Both the position numbers and the translations under genes were made by a program. Below the pieces are notes generated by a model. The model worked only from the letters and a program-made list of their open reading frames with translations, was not told where the DNA came from and did no database searches. A stretch of DNA of 64,000 nucleotides from an uncultured Bacillota bacterium (GTDB lineage: Bacteria; Sysuimicrobiota; Sysuimicrobiia; Sysuimicrobiales; Segetimicrobiaceae). Of the stretch, positions 30,823-40,951 are shown in pieces (the first letter of the stretch is position 1; each line of letters opens with the position of its first letter). Location: contig CAWDRG010000008.1 in the NCBI GenBank assembly GCA_963804645.1, positions 1 to 64,000 on the forward strand, given 5' to 3'.

Positions 30823-32963
30823 CGCACGCCGAACCCTGGCTCCTCTGCTGCCTCGGCCTCTGCGCGGCCGGCATCGTCGCCAGCGCGGTGACCCCAGAAC
30901 GGCTCGTGCCCACGGTCATCGCGTGGATCGGTTCGGCGGCCTCGGTGCTCCTCATGGCGCTCGGCGGGTCGGTCGTCGTGGCCGGACACCCGATGACCCT
31001 CTCGCTGTGGTCGATCACTCCCACCGACGCGCTCGTCCTCAGTCTCGACCGCTTGGGAGGGGTGTTTGCGGCCGCCGCCGGCCTCGTCTGCCTGCCCGTG
31101 TCCATCTTCTCGGCAGGATACCTTGGGCGGTATCTGGGTCGCTACAGCCTGAGATCGTTCGGCATCCTGTACCACGCGCTGCTCGCCGCCATCGTCCTCG
31201 TGCTGGTCGCCGGCGACGTCCTGTCGTTCCTGCTGGCATGGGAAGCGATGGCGATCTCCAGTTACCTGCTGGTGAACTACGAGCACGAAGACCGGGAGCA
31301 CACGCGTGCCGGGTACCTGATGCTGGTCATGGGGGAAGCCGGCACCGTCGTGGCGATGCTGGGCCTGCTCGTCCTCGCGAACGGTGCCGGCGGCCTGTCG
31401 TTCGGCGCGCTCCGGAGCGCCGGCGCCGCGCTTGGAGGCGCCGGACGCTGGGCGGTGTTTCTGCTCACCTTCTTCGGGTTCGGCGTGAAGGCCGGCCTGC
31501 TGCCGAGCAGTTCATGGCTGCCCCGGGCGCATCCGGCCGCGCCGGCTAACGTGTCGGCGATCCTGTCGGGCGTCATCCTGAACCTCGGGCTCTACGGCAT
31601 CGTCCGCGTCAATCTCGACCTGCTGCCGGTCGATCGGGTCGGTCCCGGGGTGATCGTGTTGATCATCGGCAGCCTCTCGGCGCTCGTCGGCATTCTCTAC
31701 GCCACGACGCAGAACGATCTCAAGACCATGCTCGCGCACAGCTCCATCGAAAACATCGGCATCGTGGCCACCGGGCTCGGCGCGGGCCTGATCTTCGGCG
31801 CGTCGGGATATCCGGTGCTGGCGGGGATGGCCTACATCACCGCGTTCTACCACATGGTCAATCACGCGGCCTACAAAGGGCTCTTGTTCCTGGGCGCGGG
31901 CGCGGTCGACGTCGCGGCCGGAGCCCGGGACATGGACCGGCTCGGCGGGCTGATCCGCGGAATGCCGTGGACCGCGTTGTGCTTTCTCATCGGGGCGCTG
32001 TCGATCGCCGCGATGCCGCCGTTCAACGGGTTTGTCAGCGAGTGGCTGACGCTGCAGATGCTGCTGCGCAGCGTGGAACTCCAGGCGACGGTGGTGAAGA
32101 TCGTCTTCGCGCTGTGCGGGGCGGCGCTCGCCCTAACCTCCGCCCTGGCCGTCACGTGCTTCGTCAAGACGTTCGCGATGAGCTTCCTCGGCATGGCCCG
32201 GTCCGCCGGCGCCGAATCGGCGCGCGAGACCACCCCGGCCGCCCTCGCGGCGATGGGCCTGCTCGCGGTCGCGTGCCTGACGCTCGGGGTGATTCCCACC
32301 GCCGTCATTCCGGCCCTGGACCGCGTCGTCACCCCACTCGTCCACGCGAGCGCCGTGGACGCGCTGGTCCCGCCGTTCTTCCACCCCACCGTGCCCGGGC
32401 ACGCGCTGCCGCCCGCGTTCGTCGCGGACTTCCACGACCTCGGGGCCCAAGTCGGGCGACACGTCATCCCGGGGCCGGGCCTCGTCGTGATGCACCGCGG
32501 CGGGTTGAGCAACCCCGTGGTCTTCGCGATGTCGACGAGCTATCTGCTCCCCGTGCTGGCGCTCCTCCTGACCCTCCTCTACGCCGTCGTCCGGCTGGCG
32601 ACACGGGCCCGCGCGGTCGTCCGCCGCACGCGCTGGGACGGCGGACTGCCGCGGCTGGACGCGAGCATGACGTACACGGCGACCGGATTTTCCAACCCGG
32701 TGCGGGTCGTGTTCAACGCCGTGTTCCATCCGTCCGTCGATGACGACACGACGGAGGTGGTCGCGGAACACTTTCGCACCGCCGTCCGTCGGTCCCGGAG
32801 CGAAGTCTATCTGGCCGACCGGCTGCTCACGGAGCCCCTCGCCCGCTGGTCGCGCCGGTACGCGCGCGCCCTCGCGGGCATGCATCACGGCCGTCTCAAC
32901 GCGTACGCGGGGTACGTGCTGCTGACGCTCCTTGCCTGTCTGATCGCCGGCCGGTACCTGTGA
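30819..32963 (+). CDS. HyfB/HycC-like (NuoL/MrpA family) membrane subunit
   Basis: FLLAWEAM, GFGVKAG..WLPRAHPAAP, LAHSSIENIG, PPFNGFVSEW. ATGA overlap with the upstream gene. Confidence 0.9.
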   Translation: MTHAEPWLLCCLGLCAAGIVASAVTPERLVPTVIAWIGSAASVLLMALGGSVVVAGHPMTLSLWSITPTDALVLSLDRLGGVFAAAAGLVCLPVSIFSAGYLGRYLGRYSLRSFGILYHALLAAIVLVLVAGDVLSFLLAWEAMAISSYLLVNYEHEDREHTRAGYLMLVMGEAGTVVAMLGLLVLANGAGGLSFGALRSAGAALGGAGRWAVFLLTFFGFGVKAGLLPSSSWLPRAHPAAPANVSAILSGVILNLGLYGIVRVNLDLLPVDRVGPGVIVLIIGSLSALVGILYATTQNDLKTMLAHSSIENIGIVATGLGAGLIFGASGYPVLAGMAYITAFYHMVNHAAYKGLLFLGAGAVDVAAGARDMDRLGGLIRGMPWTALCFLIGALSIAAMPPFNGFVSEWLTLQMLLRSVELQATVVKIVFALCGAALALTSALAVTCFVKTFAMSFLGMARSAGAESARETTPAALAAMGLLAVACLTLGVIPTAVIPALDRVVTPLVHASAVDALVPPFFHPTVPGHALPPAFVADFHDLGAQVGRHVIPGPGLVVMHRGGLSNPVVFAMSTSYLLPVLALLLTLLYAVVRLATRARAVVRRTRWDGGLPRLDASMTYTATGFSNPVRVVFNAVFHPSVDDDTTEVVAEHFRTAVRRSRSEVYLADRLLTEPLARWSRRYARALAGMHHGRLNAYAGYVLLTLLACLIAGRYL

Positions 32964-33055
32964 GCGCCCGGTTCACCACCGACCCGGACGGGCAGCGCGG
33001 CTGAGATCCGCCGCCGCGGACCGCCGGCGGGAGGCAGCAGCCGGCGGTTCACACA

Positions 33056-33643
33056 TCAGCGCAGGCGCCGCGAGAGAAAGGACGACGCGCGATCGACAAA
33101 CCGCCACGGCACCTCGACCGCCGAGGAGATCCCGATCCGGGGCGTGCGGGCGATCGCCTCGGGCGGCGTGCCGCGCCCCACGTAGAGCGGTCCCGCGACC
33201 AAGTCCGATCGGTTGAGGCCGAGCGTGATGCCGAGCGCCTGCGTGAGCCGTCCGGGTCCACTGGCGAGGAGGCGCGCGTCCGCGGTGCCCCGGCGCCGCC
33301 GCATCAGCGCGAGCCCCTCCACCGGCTCGAGCGCGCGCAGCAGCACGGCACCGGCGCGCCCTTCGGCCTCGGTGACCACGTTCACGCACGCGTGCGCCCC
33401 GTAGCTGAAGTAGACGTACGCGGTGCCCGGCCGGCCCCACATCACCTCGCTGCGGGCGGTCCGGCGGTAGGCGTGACTCGCGGGGTCCCGCGCCCCGAGA
33501 TACGCCTCCACCTCGACAATCCGGCCGGCGGCGCGCCCCGCGGGGGTCTCGTGGACTAAGTAGCAGCCGAGCAGATCGCGCGCGACGGCGAGCGTCGGAC
33601 GCGCGAAAAACGTCCGGGGCAGCCGCGCATACGCGCGAGTCAC
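33056..33643 (-). CDS. mpg: DNA-3-methyladenine glycosylase (MPG/AAG family)
   Basis: [43 protein letters not shown]. Confidence 0.92.
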   Translation of the reverse strand: MTRAYARLPRTFFARPTLAVARDLLGCYLVHETPAGRAAGRIVEVEAYLGARDPASHAYRRTARSEVMWGRPGTAYVYFSYGAHACVNVVTEAEGRAGAVLLRALEPVEGLALMRRRRGTADARLLASGPGRLTQALGITLGLNRSDLVAGPLYVGRGTPPEAIARTPRIGISSAVEVPWRFVDRASSFLSRRLR

Positions 33644-35361
33644 CGCCCGAGAAACGCCAGCAGCGTGGCGAGCGGCCACGTGTTTATCACCCGCGCCGCC
33701 TCGACCCAGCCGCGCCGCGCGGTGCCGATGCCGTACTCGAGCGACGCGAACTCCGACGCGCGGTGCGCGTCCGTGCCGATCTCGAACCACGCCCCGCGAT
33801 CGCGCGCAAGGCGGACGTGCACGTCGCTCAGGTCGAGGCGTTCCGGCGAGGCGTTGATCTCGAGGGCGGTCTCGGTGCGGCAGGCCGCGTCGACCACCGC
33901 CTCCATGTCGAACTCCATCGGGGCCCGCTCGCCGAGGAGCCGCCCCGTCGGGTGGCCGAGGATGTCGAGGTGCGGGTTCTCGACCGCCCGCACGATGCGC
34001 CGGGTGAGGGCGTCGGGCGGCATCCCCATCCGCGAGTGCACCGACCCGACCACGACGTCGAGGGAGGCCAGCACGTCGTCGGGATAATCGAGCGCGCCGT
34101 CGGCAAGGATGTCCACCTCGGCGCCCATCAAGATCCGCAGCCCCACGCGATCCTCGATCTCGGCGACCGCGCGCGCGTGCTCCCGGAGCGCGTCGACGGT
34201 CACGCCGCCCGCGAACTTGAGGGCCGGGGAATGGTCGGTGACGCAGACGTACTCGCGTCCGAGCGCCTTGGCCGCCCGCGCCATCGCTTCCGCCGTGTCC
34301 TTGCCGTCGCTCCACGTCGTATGCATGTGCAGCTCGCCGCGGATATCCGAGGCCGCGACGAGCGCGGGCAGCGCGCCGCGCTGCGCGAGAGCGATCTCGC
34401 CCTGTCCCTCGCGGATCTCGGGCGGAATCCAGGGCAGCCCCACCGCGCCGTAGACGTCGGCCTCAGCGGCCCCGGCGATGCGCGCCTCCCCGTCCACGCG
34501 AAACACCCCGTACTCGTTGATCTTGAGGCCGAGGCGCACGCCGAGCTCCCGGAGCTGCACGTTGTGGTCCTTGCTGCCGGTGAAGTACTGCAGCGCCGCG
34601 CCGTACGACTCAGGGGCGACCGCGCGCACGTCGCACTGCACCCCGGCCCGTCCCATCAGCACGCTGCTGCGCGTCGGCCCTTGGAGCAGAACCTGCCGCA
34701 CCTGGGGCAGCGAGACGAACCGCGCCATCAGCTCGTCCGGGGCGCGCGTCGCGACGACGATGTCGACGTCCGCGATCGTATCCCGCATCCGCCGGAGGCT
34801 GCCGGCGAGGCTCAGCGCCTCCACCCCCGGGGTGGCGCGGAGGACCTCCGCGATCGCGCGCGCGTCCGGCAGCACGGTGCCGAGCGGCGCCCGCGTCCCC
34901 TGCCGGCGGCGTCGCTCGATCCCGGCGAGAATCTTCTGTTCGGTCTTGGCGCCCATCCGGGGGAGCGAGCGGATCTGCCCGGCACGTGCGGCGCGCTCGA
35001 GCGCGTCCACGTCGGCCACGCCGAGGCTCTGGTACAGCAACAGCGCGGTCTTCGGGCCCACTTCGGGAATCTCGAGGAGCGTCGCCAGACCTGCCGGCAA
35101 CTCCGACGCGAGCTGCTGGTGATAGACCACGACACCAGTCTTCAGGTATTCGGTGATCTTGTCGGCGAGAGCCGGCCCGATCCCGGTGATCGTGCGCAGC
35201 TGGCCCCGCTCGGCGATCGTCGACACGTCCTCGCCGAGGCTCTCCATGGCGCGCGCGGCCCGGCGGTAGGCGTTGACGCGGAACGTCGATTCCTGTTTGA
35301 TCTCCAGCAGGTCGGCGATCTCCCCAAAGATTCGGGCGAGATCGAGGTTTCTGGAGCTCAC
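33640..35361 (-). CDS. polX: DNA polymerase X with PHP domain
   Basis: [44 protein letters not shown]. Confidence 0.95.
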   Translation of the reverse strand: MSSRNLDLARIFGEIADLLEIKQESTFRVNAYRRAARAMESLGEDVSTIAERGQLRTITGIGPALADKITEYLKTGVVVYHQQLASELPAGLATLLEIPEVGPKTALLLYQSLGVADVDALERAARAGQIRSLPRMGAKTEQKILAGIERRRRQGTRAPLGTVLPDARAIAEVLRATPGVEALSLAGSLRRMRDTIADVDIVVATRAPDELMARFVSLPQVRQVLLQGPTRSSVLMGRAGVQCDVRAVAPESYGAALQYFTGSKDHNVQLRELGVRLGLKINEYGVFRVDGEARIAGAAEADVYGAVGLPWIPPEIREGQGEIALAQRGALPALVAASDIRGELHMHTTWSDGKDTAEAMARAAKALGREYVCVTDHSPALKFAGGVTVDALREHARAVAEIEDRVGLRILMGAEVDILADGALDYPDDVLASLDVVVGSVHSRMGMPPDALTRRIVRAVENPHLDILGHPTGRLLGERAPMEFDMEAVVDAACRTETALEINASPERLDLSDVHVRLARDRGAWFEIGTDAHRASEFASLEYGIGTARRGWVEAARVINTWPLATLLAFLGR

Positions 35362-35871
35362 CTAGAACGTCTTTCCGCCAGGACCGATCTGGGGGACTTT
35401 CACCGGAAGATTCGGGAGTTCTCTCGCCGCGCGTGAATTCAGCGCCAGGAGGTAGGTCGCGAGCAGGGAGTTATCGGCGTCACGCTGCACGGTGGCACGA
35501 AACGGGGCGGCGAGCGCGACGACCAGAATCGCCGTGGCCAGGATGAAGCCCCGTGCCGCGCCGAGCATCGCGCCGGTGATCTCGCTCGCGGGAAACGGCA
35601 CGTCGCGCAGCAGCATGCGCGCGAGCCGGCTGAGGGGAAAGTAGATCACGACCCACACGACGACGAACGCGATCAGCGCCCCCCACGACGGCGGCACCAT
35701 CTGCAGATATTGGGTGACGATCGTCCCCCCGCCGGTGTAGAGGGCGGAGGCGGCGAGAAACCCCACGATCACGGAGGCCGTGTCGATCAGCACGACCCAA
35801 AAGCCGTAGCGCGCGCCTCGAACGCCCGAGACGAGGATCAACGCCACCGTGACCCAATCGATCCAGTTCAT
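35362..35871 (-). CDS. CvpA (colicin V production) family membrane protein
   Basis: MNWIDW...GVRGARYGF, GAMLGAARG; lies between pheT and polX. Confidence 0.8.
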   Translation of the reverse strand: MNWIDWVTVALILVSGVRGARYGFWVVLIDTASVIVGFLAASALYTGGGTIVTQYLQMVPPSWGALIAFVVVWVVIYFPLSRLARMLLRDVPFPASEITGAMLGAARGFILATAILVVALAAPFRATVQRDADNSLLATYLLALNSRAARELPNLPVKVPQIGPGGKTF

Positions 35872-35922
35872 GCGAATGATCCGAGGCAAGCGTCCGCCGC
35901 CTCTGCCACCCGGCGCCCGCGT

Positions 35923-38106
35923 TTATTCACGCAATTCCACCCCCGCGAGCGCCCGTACGGCTATTCGGACTCGGTCCAAAATCTCCTCCGCTTCCCCGGC
36001 CACCAACGTCCGGTCCGGGGCGCGGAGCCGCAGGCGGTAGGCCAGGCTCCGGCGGCCGGCGGGGATCGGCGGGCCCGCGTAGACATCGAACAGCTCGACG
36101 GCTTCGACGAGCGGCCCCGCGGCGCGCCGGACCGTCTCCTCCAGCCGCGCCGCGGGCAGATCGTCCGGGGCGACCACGGCGAGGTCCCGCTCCAGCTCGG
36201 GATACCGCGGGAGCCCGCCGAAGAGACGCGTCGCGCCGATCGGTCGTGACGCGGCGGACGCGGGGCCGATCTCGTCGCTCACCCGCTCGGTCGCGGGTCG
36301 GCCGCTCGCGACCGCGTAGAGCGCCTCCAGATCGACCTCCGCGAGGTAGGCCCGGTGCGGCAGCCGGATTCGCTCCACCTGGTCCGGGTGCATCTCGCCG
36401 AATCGCGCGACGGGCGCCCCGCCCACGGAGACGTCCGCCGCGCGTCCGCGGTGCCACCAGTCGAGCGGCCCGACGCGCGGGGCCCCGGCCGCATCACCCG
36501 GGAGATCGGACACCGGCTCCACGCGCGCCGCGGGGAGTCCTAACGCATCGATCAGCGCGTCCAGCATCCAGCGAACGTGAAAAAAATCGACGGCCGCGCT
36601 GTCCTCGGGCACGTTCCACCCGAACCGCCACCGCCCCATCGCCGCGAGCGCGAGGCTCCGGCGCTCCACGGGACGGCCTCCCGCATCGGGCAGGAACACC
36701 CGCCCGAGTTCAAACACCTGCACGTCGCCGATCCGCCGCGCCGCGTTGGTGGCGAGGACCTGGACGAGTCCGGGCACGAGCGAGGCGCGCAGCGCGTCGT
36801 GGTCCTGCGTGAGCGGGTTCACGAGCCGCACGCACGGCGTCTCGGAGGCGGCGGCCGAGACCAGGGTCAGCGTCAGCGCTTCCACGAGCCCGCAGCGGGT
36901 GAGGAGGGCCCGCACGCGGCGATCCGCCGCGACGGCGGGCGCGACGGTGCCGGGCGTCGTCGTGCCCCGCGGCAGCGTGAGCGGCACGCGATCGTAGCCG
37001 TGCACCCGGATGACCTCTTCGATCAGGTCCTCCTCGCGCACGAGGTCGGGACGAAACGTCGGCGCAACCACCTTGAGAGTGCGCCCCGCGGTCACCGCGC
37101 ACCCGAGCGCGCGCAGCGTCCGCGTCATCTCCCCCGGCGTGATCTCGACACCGAGCAGCGCGACCGCGCGGTCCGGCCGCAGGCGGATCGCGCGCGGCGC
37201 GATCCGCCCGGCACGCTCGTCCACGAGCCCCCCGGACGGGCGTCCGCCGGCCACCTCCGCGAGCAGCCCCATCGCGCGGGCCTGGGCCCGCGGCGCGATG
37301 TCCGGATCCGCGCCCCGCTCGAACCGCGCCACCGCCTCGGTCCGCACGCCGAGCCGGCGGGCGGTGCGGGCGACCGTCGCGGGATCCCAGTACGCCGCTT
37401 CGAGCAGCACCGTGGTCGTCTCCGGCCCGATCTCGGTCGCCCGCCCGCCGATGATGCCGGCGAGCGCCACCGCACGCGCCGCGTCCGCCACGACCAGCAC
37501 CGTGTCGTCGAGGGTGCGCACGACCTCGTCCAGGGTCTCGAGCATCTCGCCGGGCCGCGCGCGGCGCACGACCAGGCGGCGGCCTTCGAGGCGGTCGTAG
37601 TCGAAGGCGTGCATCGGCTGCCCGGTCTCGAGCATCACATAGTTGGTCACATCGACGACGTTGTTGACCGCACGCACGCCGGCCGCTTCAAGGCGGCGCC
37701 GCATCCACTCGGGGGCCGGACCGACCCGCACGCCCTCGATCAACGCCGCCGTGAACCGGGGACACCCCACGGGATCCTCGATCGCCACCGCGGCATGCGC
37801 GGGCGCCCGCATCGATCCCGCGCGCGGGCGGGCGGCGGCGCGTCGAGGCGCGCGGCGGCCCGGGCTGACGAGGCCCGGTGGACGGCGCACCCGGCGCCCG
37901 AGCGCGAGCGCCACCTCGCGGGCGATGCCGAGCAGGCTCATGCAGTCGGGGCGGTTCGCGGTGATCTCGAGGTCGAGCACGACCTCGTCCCCCACCCGTT
38001 CGATCGCCTCCGCGGGCAGCCCGATCTCCGCGAGGCGGGCGGCCAGCACCTCCGCCTCCTCATCCACGTCCACGTACTCCCGCAGCCACTCGAGCGGCAC
38101 GCGCAT
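35923..38106 (-). CDS. pheT: Phenylalanine--tRNA ligase beta subunit (lacks B2 OB-fold)
   Basis: ITANRPDC, VDVTNYVMLETGQPMHAFD, DLIEEV and a C-terminal FDX-ACB domain. Confidence 0.95.
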   Translation of the reverse strand: MRVPLEWLREYVDVDEEAEVLAARLAEIGLPAEAIERVGDEVVLDLEITANRPDCMSLLGIAREVALALGRRVRRPPGLVSPGRRAPRRAAARPRAGSMRAPAHAAVAIEDPVGCPRFTAALIEGVRVGPAPEWMRRRLEAAGVRAVNNVVDVTNYVMLETGQPMHAFDYDRLEGRRLVVRRARPGEMLETLDEVVRTLDDTVLVVADAARAVALAGIIGGRATEIGPETTTVLLEAAYWDPATVARTARRLGVRTEAVARFERGADPDIAPRAQARAMGLLAEVAGGRPSGGLVDERAGRIAPRAIRLRPDRAVALLGVEITPGEMTRTLRALGCAVTAGRTLKVVAPTFRPDLVREEDLIEEVIRVHGYDRVPLTLPRGTTTPGTVAPAVAADRRVRALLTRCGLVEALTLTLVSAAASETPCVRLVNPLTQDHDALRASLVPGLVQVLATNAARRIGDVQVFELGRVFLPDAGGRPVERRSLALAAMGRWRFGWNVPEDSAAVDFFHVRWMLDALIDALGLPAARVEPVSDLPGDAAGAPRVGPLDWWHRGRAADVSVGGAPVARFGEMHPDQVERIRLPHRAYLAEVDLEALYAVASGRPATERVSDEIGPASAASRPIGATRLFGGLPRYPELERDLAVVAPDDLPAARLEETVRRAAGPLVEAVELFDVYAGPPIPAGRRSLAYRLRLRAPDRTLVAGEAEEILDRVRIAVRALAGVELRE

Positions 38107-38116
38107 CGGGGTCTCC

Positions 38117-39142
38117 TTACACCTGTTCCAGAAATCGCAGGTCGTTCTCGTAGAACAACCGGATGTCGTCGATGCGATGCTTGAGCATCGCGAGGCGCTC
38201 CGCGCCCATGCCGAAGGCGAACGCGGAATACCGCTCCGGGTCGATCCCGCCCATCTCGAGCACGCGCGGATGGAACATCCCGCACCCGAGGATCTCGAGC
38301 CAGCCCGAACGCTTGCAGACCGGACAGCCGCGTCCCCCGCAGATCACGCACGCGATCGCCATCTCGGCGCTCGGCTCGGTGAACGGGAAGTAGGACGGCA
38401 CAAACCGCGCGCGCGTCTCCGGCCCGAAGAACTCCCGCGCGAACTGCAGCAGGACGCCCTTCAGGTCCGAGAAGCGCACGCCCTCGTCGACCACAAACCC
38501 GTCGATCTGCTGAAACATCGGCGAGTGACTGGCGTCGACCGGATCGCGCCGGTAGCAGTGTCCGTACGCGAGCGCGCGCATCGGCGGCCGCCGATGGTCA
38601 AGGACGTGCACGTCTACGACGGTCGTGTGCGTCCGCAGCACCCACTCCGCCCCGAGGTAGAACGAGTCCTGCGCGTCCCGCGCGGGGTGATAGGGCGGCA
38701 TGTTCAGCCGCTCGAAGTTGGTGTGGTCGCGCTCCACCTCGGGCCCCTCGACGATCTCGAATCCGAGGCCGAGAAAGATCTCCGCGATCTCGTCGAGCGC
38801 GCGCGTCAGCACGTGCGTGCGTCCGAGCGCGAGCGGCCGGCCGGGGAGCGTGACATCGATCCGCTCCGCGGACAGCCGATCCCGGCGCGCCGCGGCGGCG
38901 AGCGCTTCGGCGCGCCGCGCAACCGCCGCCTCGACGGAGGCCTTGAGGCGATTCAGCGCCTGTCCGAGGCGCGGACGGTCCTCGGCCGGCGCCTGTCCGA
39001 GCGTGCGAAACGCCTGGGCGACGGCGCCCTGGCGCCCGAGGTACCGGATGCGCACGTCTTCGAGCGCGCTTTCGGTCGCGGCCGCCTCAGTGGCCGCCGC
39101 GGCCTCGCGCTCCATCGCCTCGTACCGATCGAACTCCGCCAC
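38117..39142 (-). CDS. pheS: Phenylalanine--tRNA ligase alpha subunit
   Basis: HPARDAQDSFY, LRTHT, YFPFTEPS, FAFGMGAER. SD GGAGG precedes the GTG. Confidence 0.97.
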   Translation of the reverse strand: MAEFDRYEAMEREAAAATEAAATESALEDVRIRYLGRQGAVAQAFRTLGQAPAEDRPRLGQALNRLKASVEAAVARRAEALAAAARRDRLSAERIDVTLPGRPLALGRTHVLTRALDEIAEIFLGLGFEIVEGPEVERDHTNFERLNMPPYHPARDAQDSFYLGAEWVLRTHTTVVDVHVLDHRRPPMRALAYGHCYRRDPVDASHSPMFQQIDGFVVDEGVRFSDLKGVLLQFAREFFGPETRARFVPSYFPFTEPSAEMAIACVICGGRGCPVCKRSGWLEILGCGMFHPRVLEMGGIDPERYSAFAFGMGAERLAMLKHRIDDIRLFYENDLRFLEQV

Positions 39143-39161
39143 GCCGCGCCTCCCGTCCTCG

Positions 39162-39425
39162 AACACAAAACGCACCTCCGTCCAAGGGACGGAAGTGCGC
39201 CTTCCGCGGTGCCACCCTTCTTCCGTCCGCGCCGGCTGGCGCTGGACGGCACTCGAGATCCCCCGGGGTACGGGCCGGGCGCCCTGTCTGCCTACCTCCG
39301 GCGTCCGCCGGCGTCAGCACACGGCTCGGGAGTGAACGTGCGCGCTGCGAAACGCGGGCCGGCTCGCAGTCGGGACCGGCCCTCCCTTGGCGCCGCGATC
39401 TCGCGCACCCTCTCCGTCATCGCGA
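39162..39425 (-). ncRNA. T-box leader, Phe specifier, with terminator
   Basis: Stem I with AGGGAG and CTGCGAG motifs; specifier TTC at 39334-39336; T-box AAGGGTGGCACCGCG (39205-39219); antiterminator CGTCCCTT; terminator GCGCACTTCCGTCC/GGACGGAGGTGCG-TTTTG. Confidence 0.93.
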
Positions 39426-39466
39426 TCGTGCGATTCCATCCGATCGCGGCCGGGGTCCCCGGCCGC

Positions 39467-39595
39467 TCAGTTCAAGATCGGGATCACCCAACGCGGCGGA
39501 CGCTTCGTGAGCTGCCGATAGAGCAGATACGCCCACACCGAGCCGGTGGTCTCAAACACCCGCCAGAAGAACTCTGGGGTCCATGTGATTTCCAC
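39467..39595 (-). CDS. YqzL-like small protein (42 aa), absent from the ORF track
   Basis: MEITWTPEFFWRVFETTGSVWAYLLYRQLTKRPPRWVIPILN fits the FW+VFE.TG...AYLLY+ pattern. SD GGAGG and upstream TGcTATACT (39682-39690). Confidence 0.75.
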   Translation of the reverse strand: MEITWTPEFFWRVFETTGSVWAYLLYRQLTKRPPRWVIPILN

Positions 39596-39802
39596 CGCGC
39601 CCCTCCAGGGACCGGGTGCGCCGCATCGTGGGAGGCTCCGAACGGAGCGAGCGCCGCACGCGGTACTCTCAGGTCTGGCCTAGTATAGCACAGCCTGGGA
39701 ACCGGTGCCAACGAAACCCGACGCCAACCGACGCCAACGGGGACCATCGCCCTCACGAACGCGGCAGCATCGCGGACAAGACGTGGACGCACACCGTACC
39801 TA

Positions 39803-40951
39803 GTGTAATGATTTGTAAATAACTTGACAATCTCCCAATGTGGTGCTATGGTGAGAGTACGATGTGGGAGTCTCCGGGAGGCCATCCCGCTCACCCCTGA
39901 GGATCGCCGGACACTCGAGACGTGGGTGGCGGCCCGGACGACGCCGCAGCGGCTCGCCTTCCGCGCCCGGATCGTTGCTGGCGGCGATCGGGGATGGCGA
40001 ATCGACGCATCGCTCGACGAGGTCGGGACGAGTCGCCCCACCGTCATCTCTCGTGGCGCGCCATCGGTTTCTCGGCCCGGCGGCCCGACGCCCTGACGGA
40101 AGATGCGCCGGGCCGCGGCCGCAAACCAAGTTCTCCAGCGCCAAAGTGCAGCAGATTGTGGAGGCGACGCTGCACACGACCCCGAAGGCCGCAACGCACT
40201 GGAGCACCCGCACGCTGGCCGCGGTGCAGGGCGTGAGCGCCTCGACAGTGCAACGAATCTGGGATGCGCACGGCCTGCAGCCGCATCGGACGCGGACGTT
40301 CAAGCTCTCGCGGGACCCGCACTTTGTCGAGAAGTTGACCGATGTCGTGGGGTTGTATCTGAACCCTCCTGACAAGGCCCTCGTGCTGGCCGTGGATGAG
40401 AAAAGTCAAATCCAGGCGTTAGATCGCACCCAGCCCGGCCTCCCGCTGAAGAAGGGACGGTGCGGCACGTTCACGCACGACTACAAGCGCAATGGCACGA
40501 TGACCTTGTTCGCCGCGCTCAATGTGCTCACCGGCACCGTCATTGGGGAATGCTTGGCCCGCCACCGGCATCAGGAGTTTATCCGCTTCCTCCGCACGCT
40601 GGATCGCGAGACCCCGCCCGAACTGACGCTCCATCTCATCGTCGCACAATTACGGCACCCACAAACATCCTGCGCAAGGTCAAGACGTGGTTGGCCCGGC
40701 ATCGGCGGTTTCATCTGCACTTTACGCCGACCAGCCTCCTCATGGTTGAATCTGGTGGAGCGCTGGCTGGGCAAGTTGCCGCCAAGCGAATCCGACGAGG
40801 ATCCTTTGCGAGTGTCAAGGATCTGATCCAGGCCATCCGGGAGTACCTCGATGAGAACAACAAGCAACCCACGCCGTTTGTCTGGACCGCCAGTGTCGAA
40901 CAGATCCTGGCCAAGGTCAATCGTTGTAAAGCCATTTTAGAGGCGGCACAC
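39803..40951 (+). mobile_element. IS630-family insertion sequence with multiply frameshifted transposase
   Basis: [51 protein letters not shown]. Flanked by a TA duplication (39801-2, 40952-3) with GTGT...ACAC ends. Internal TTGACA-17-TATGGT promoter. Confidence 0.9.

Noticed and set aside
20200..33060. att sites or direct repeats bounding the fluoride block
   Set aside because: Only short GC-rich similarities were found, with no tRNA or integrase nearby.
39862..40700. Programmed frameshift in the IS630 transposase
   Set aside because: Several frame breaks with no clear slippery site; decay or sequence error is more likely.
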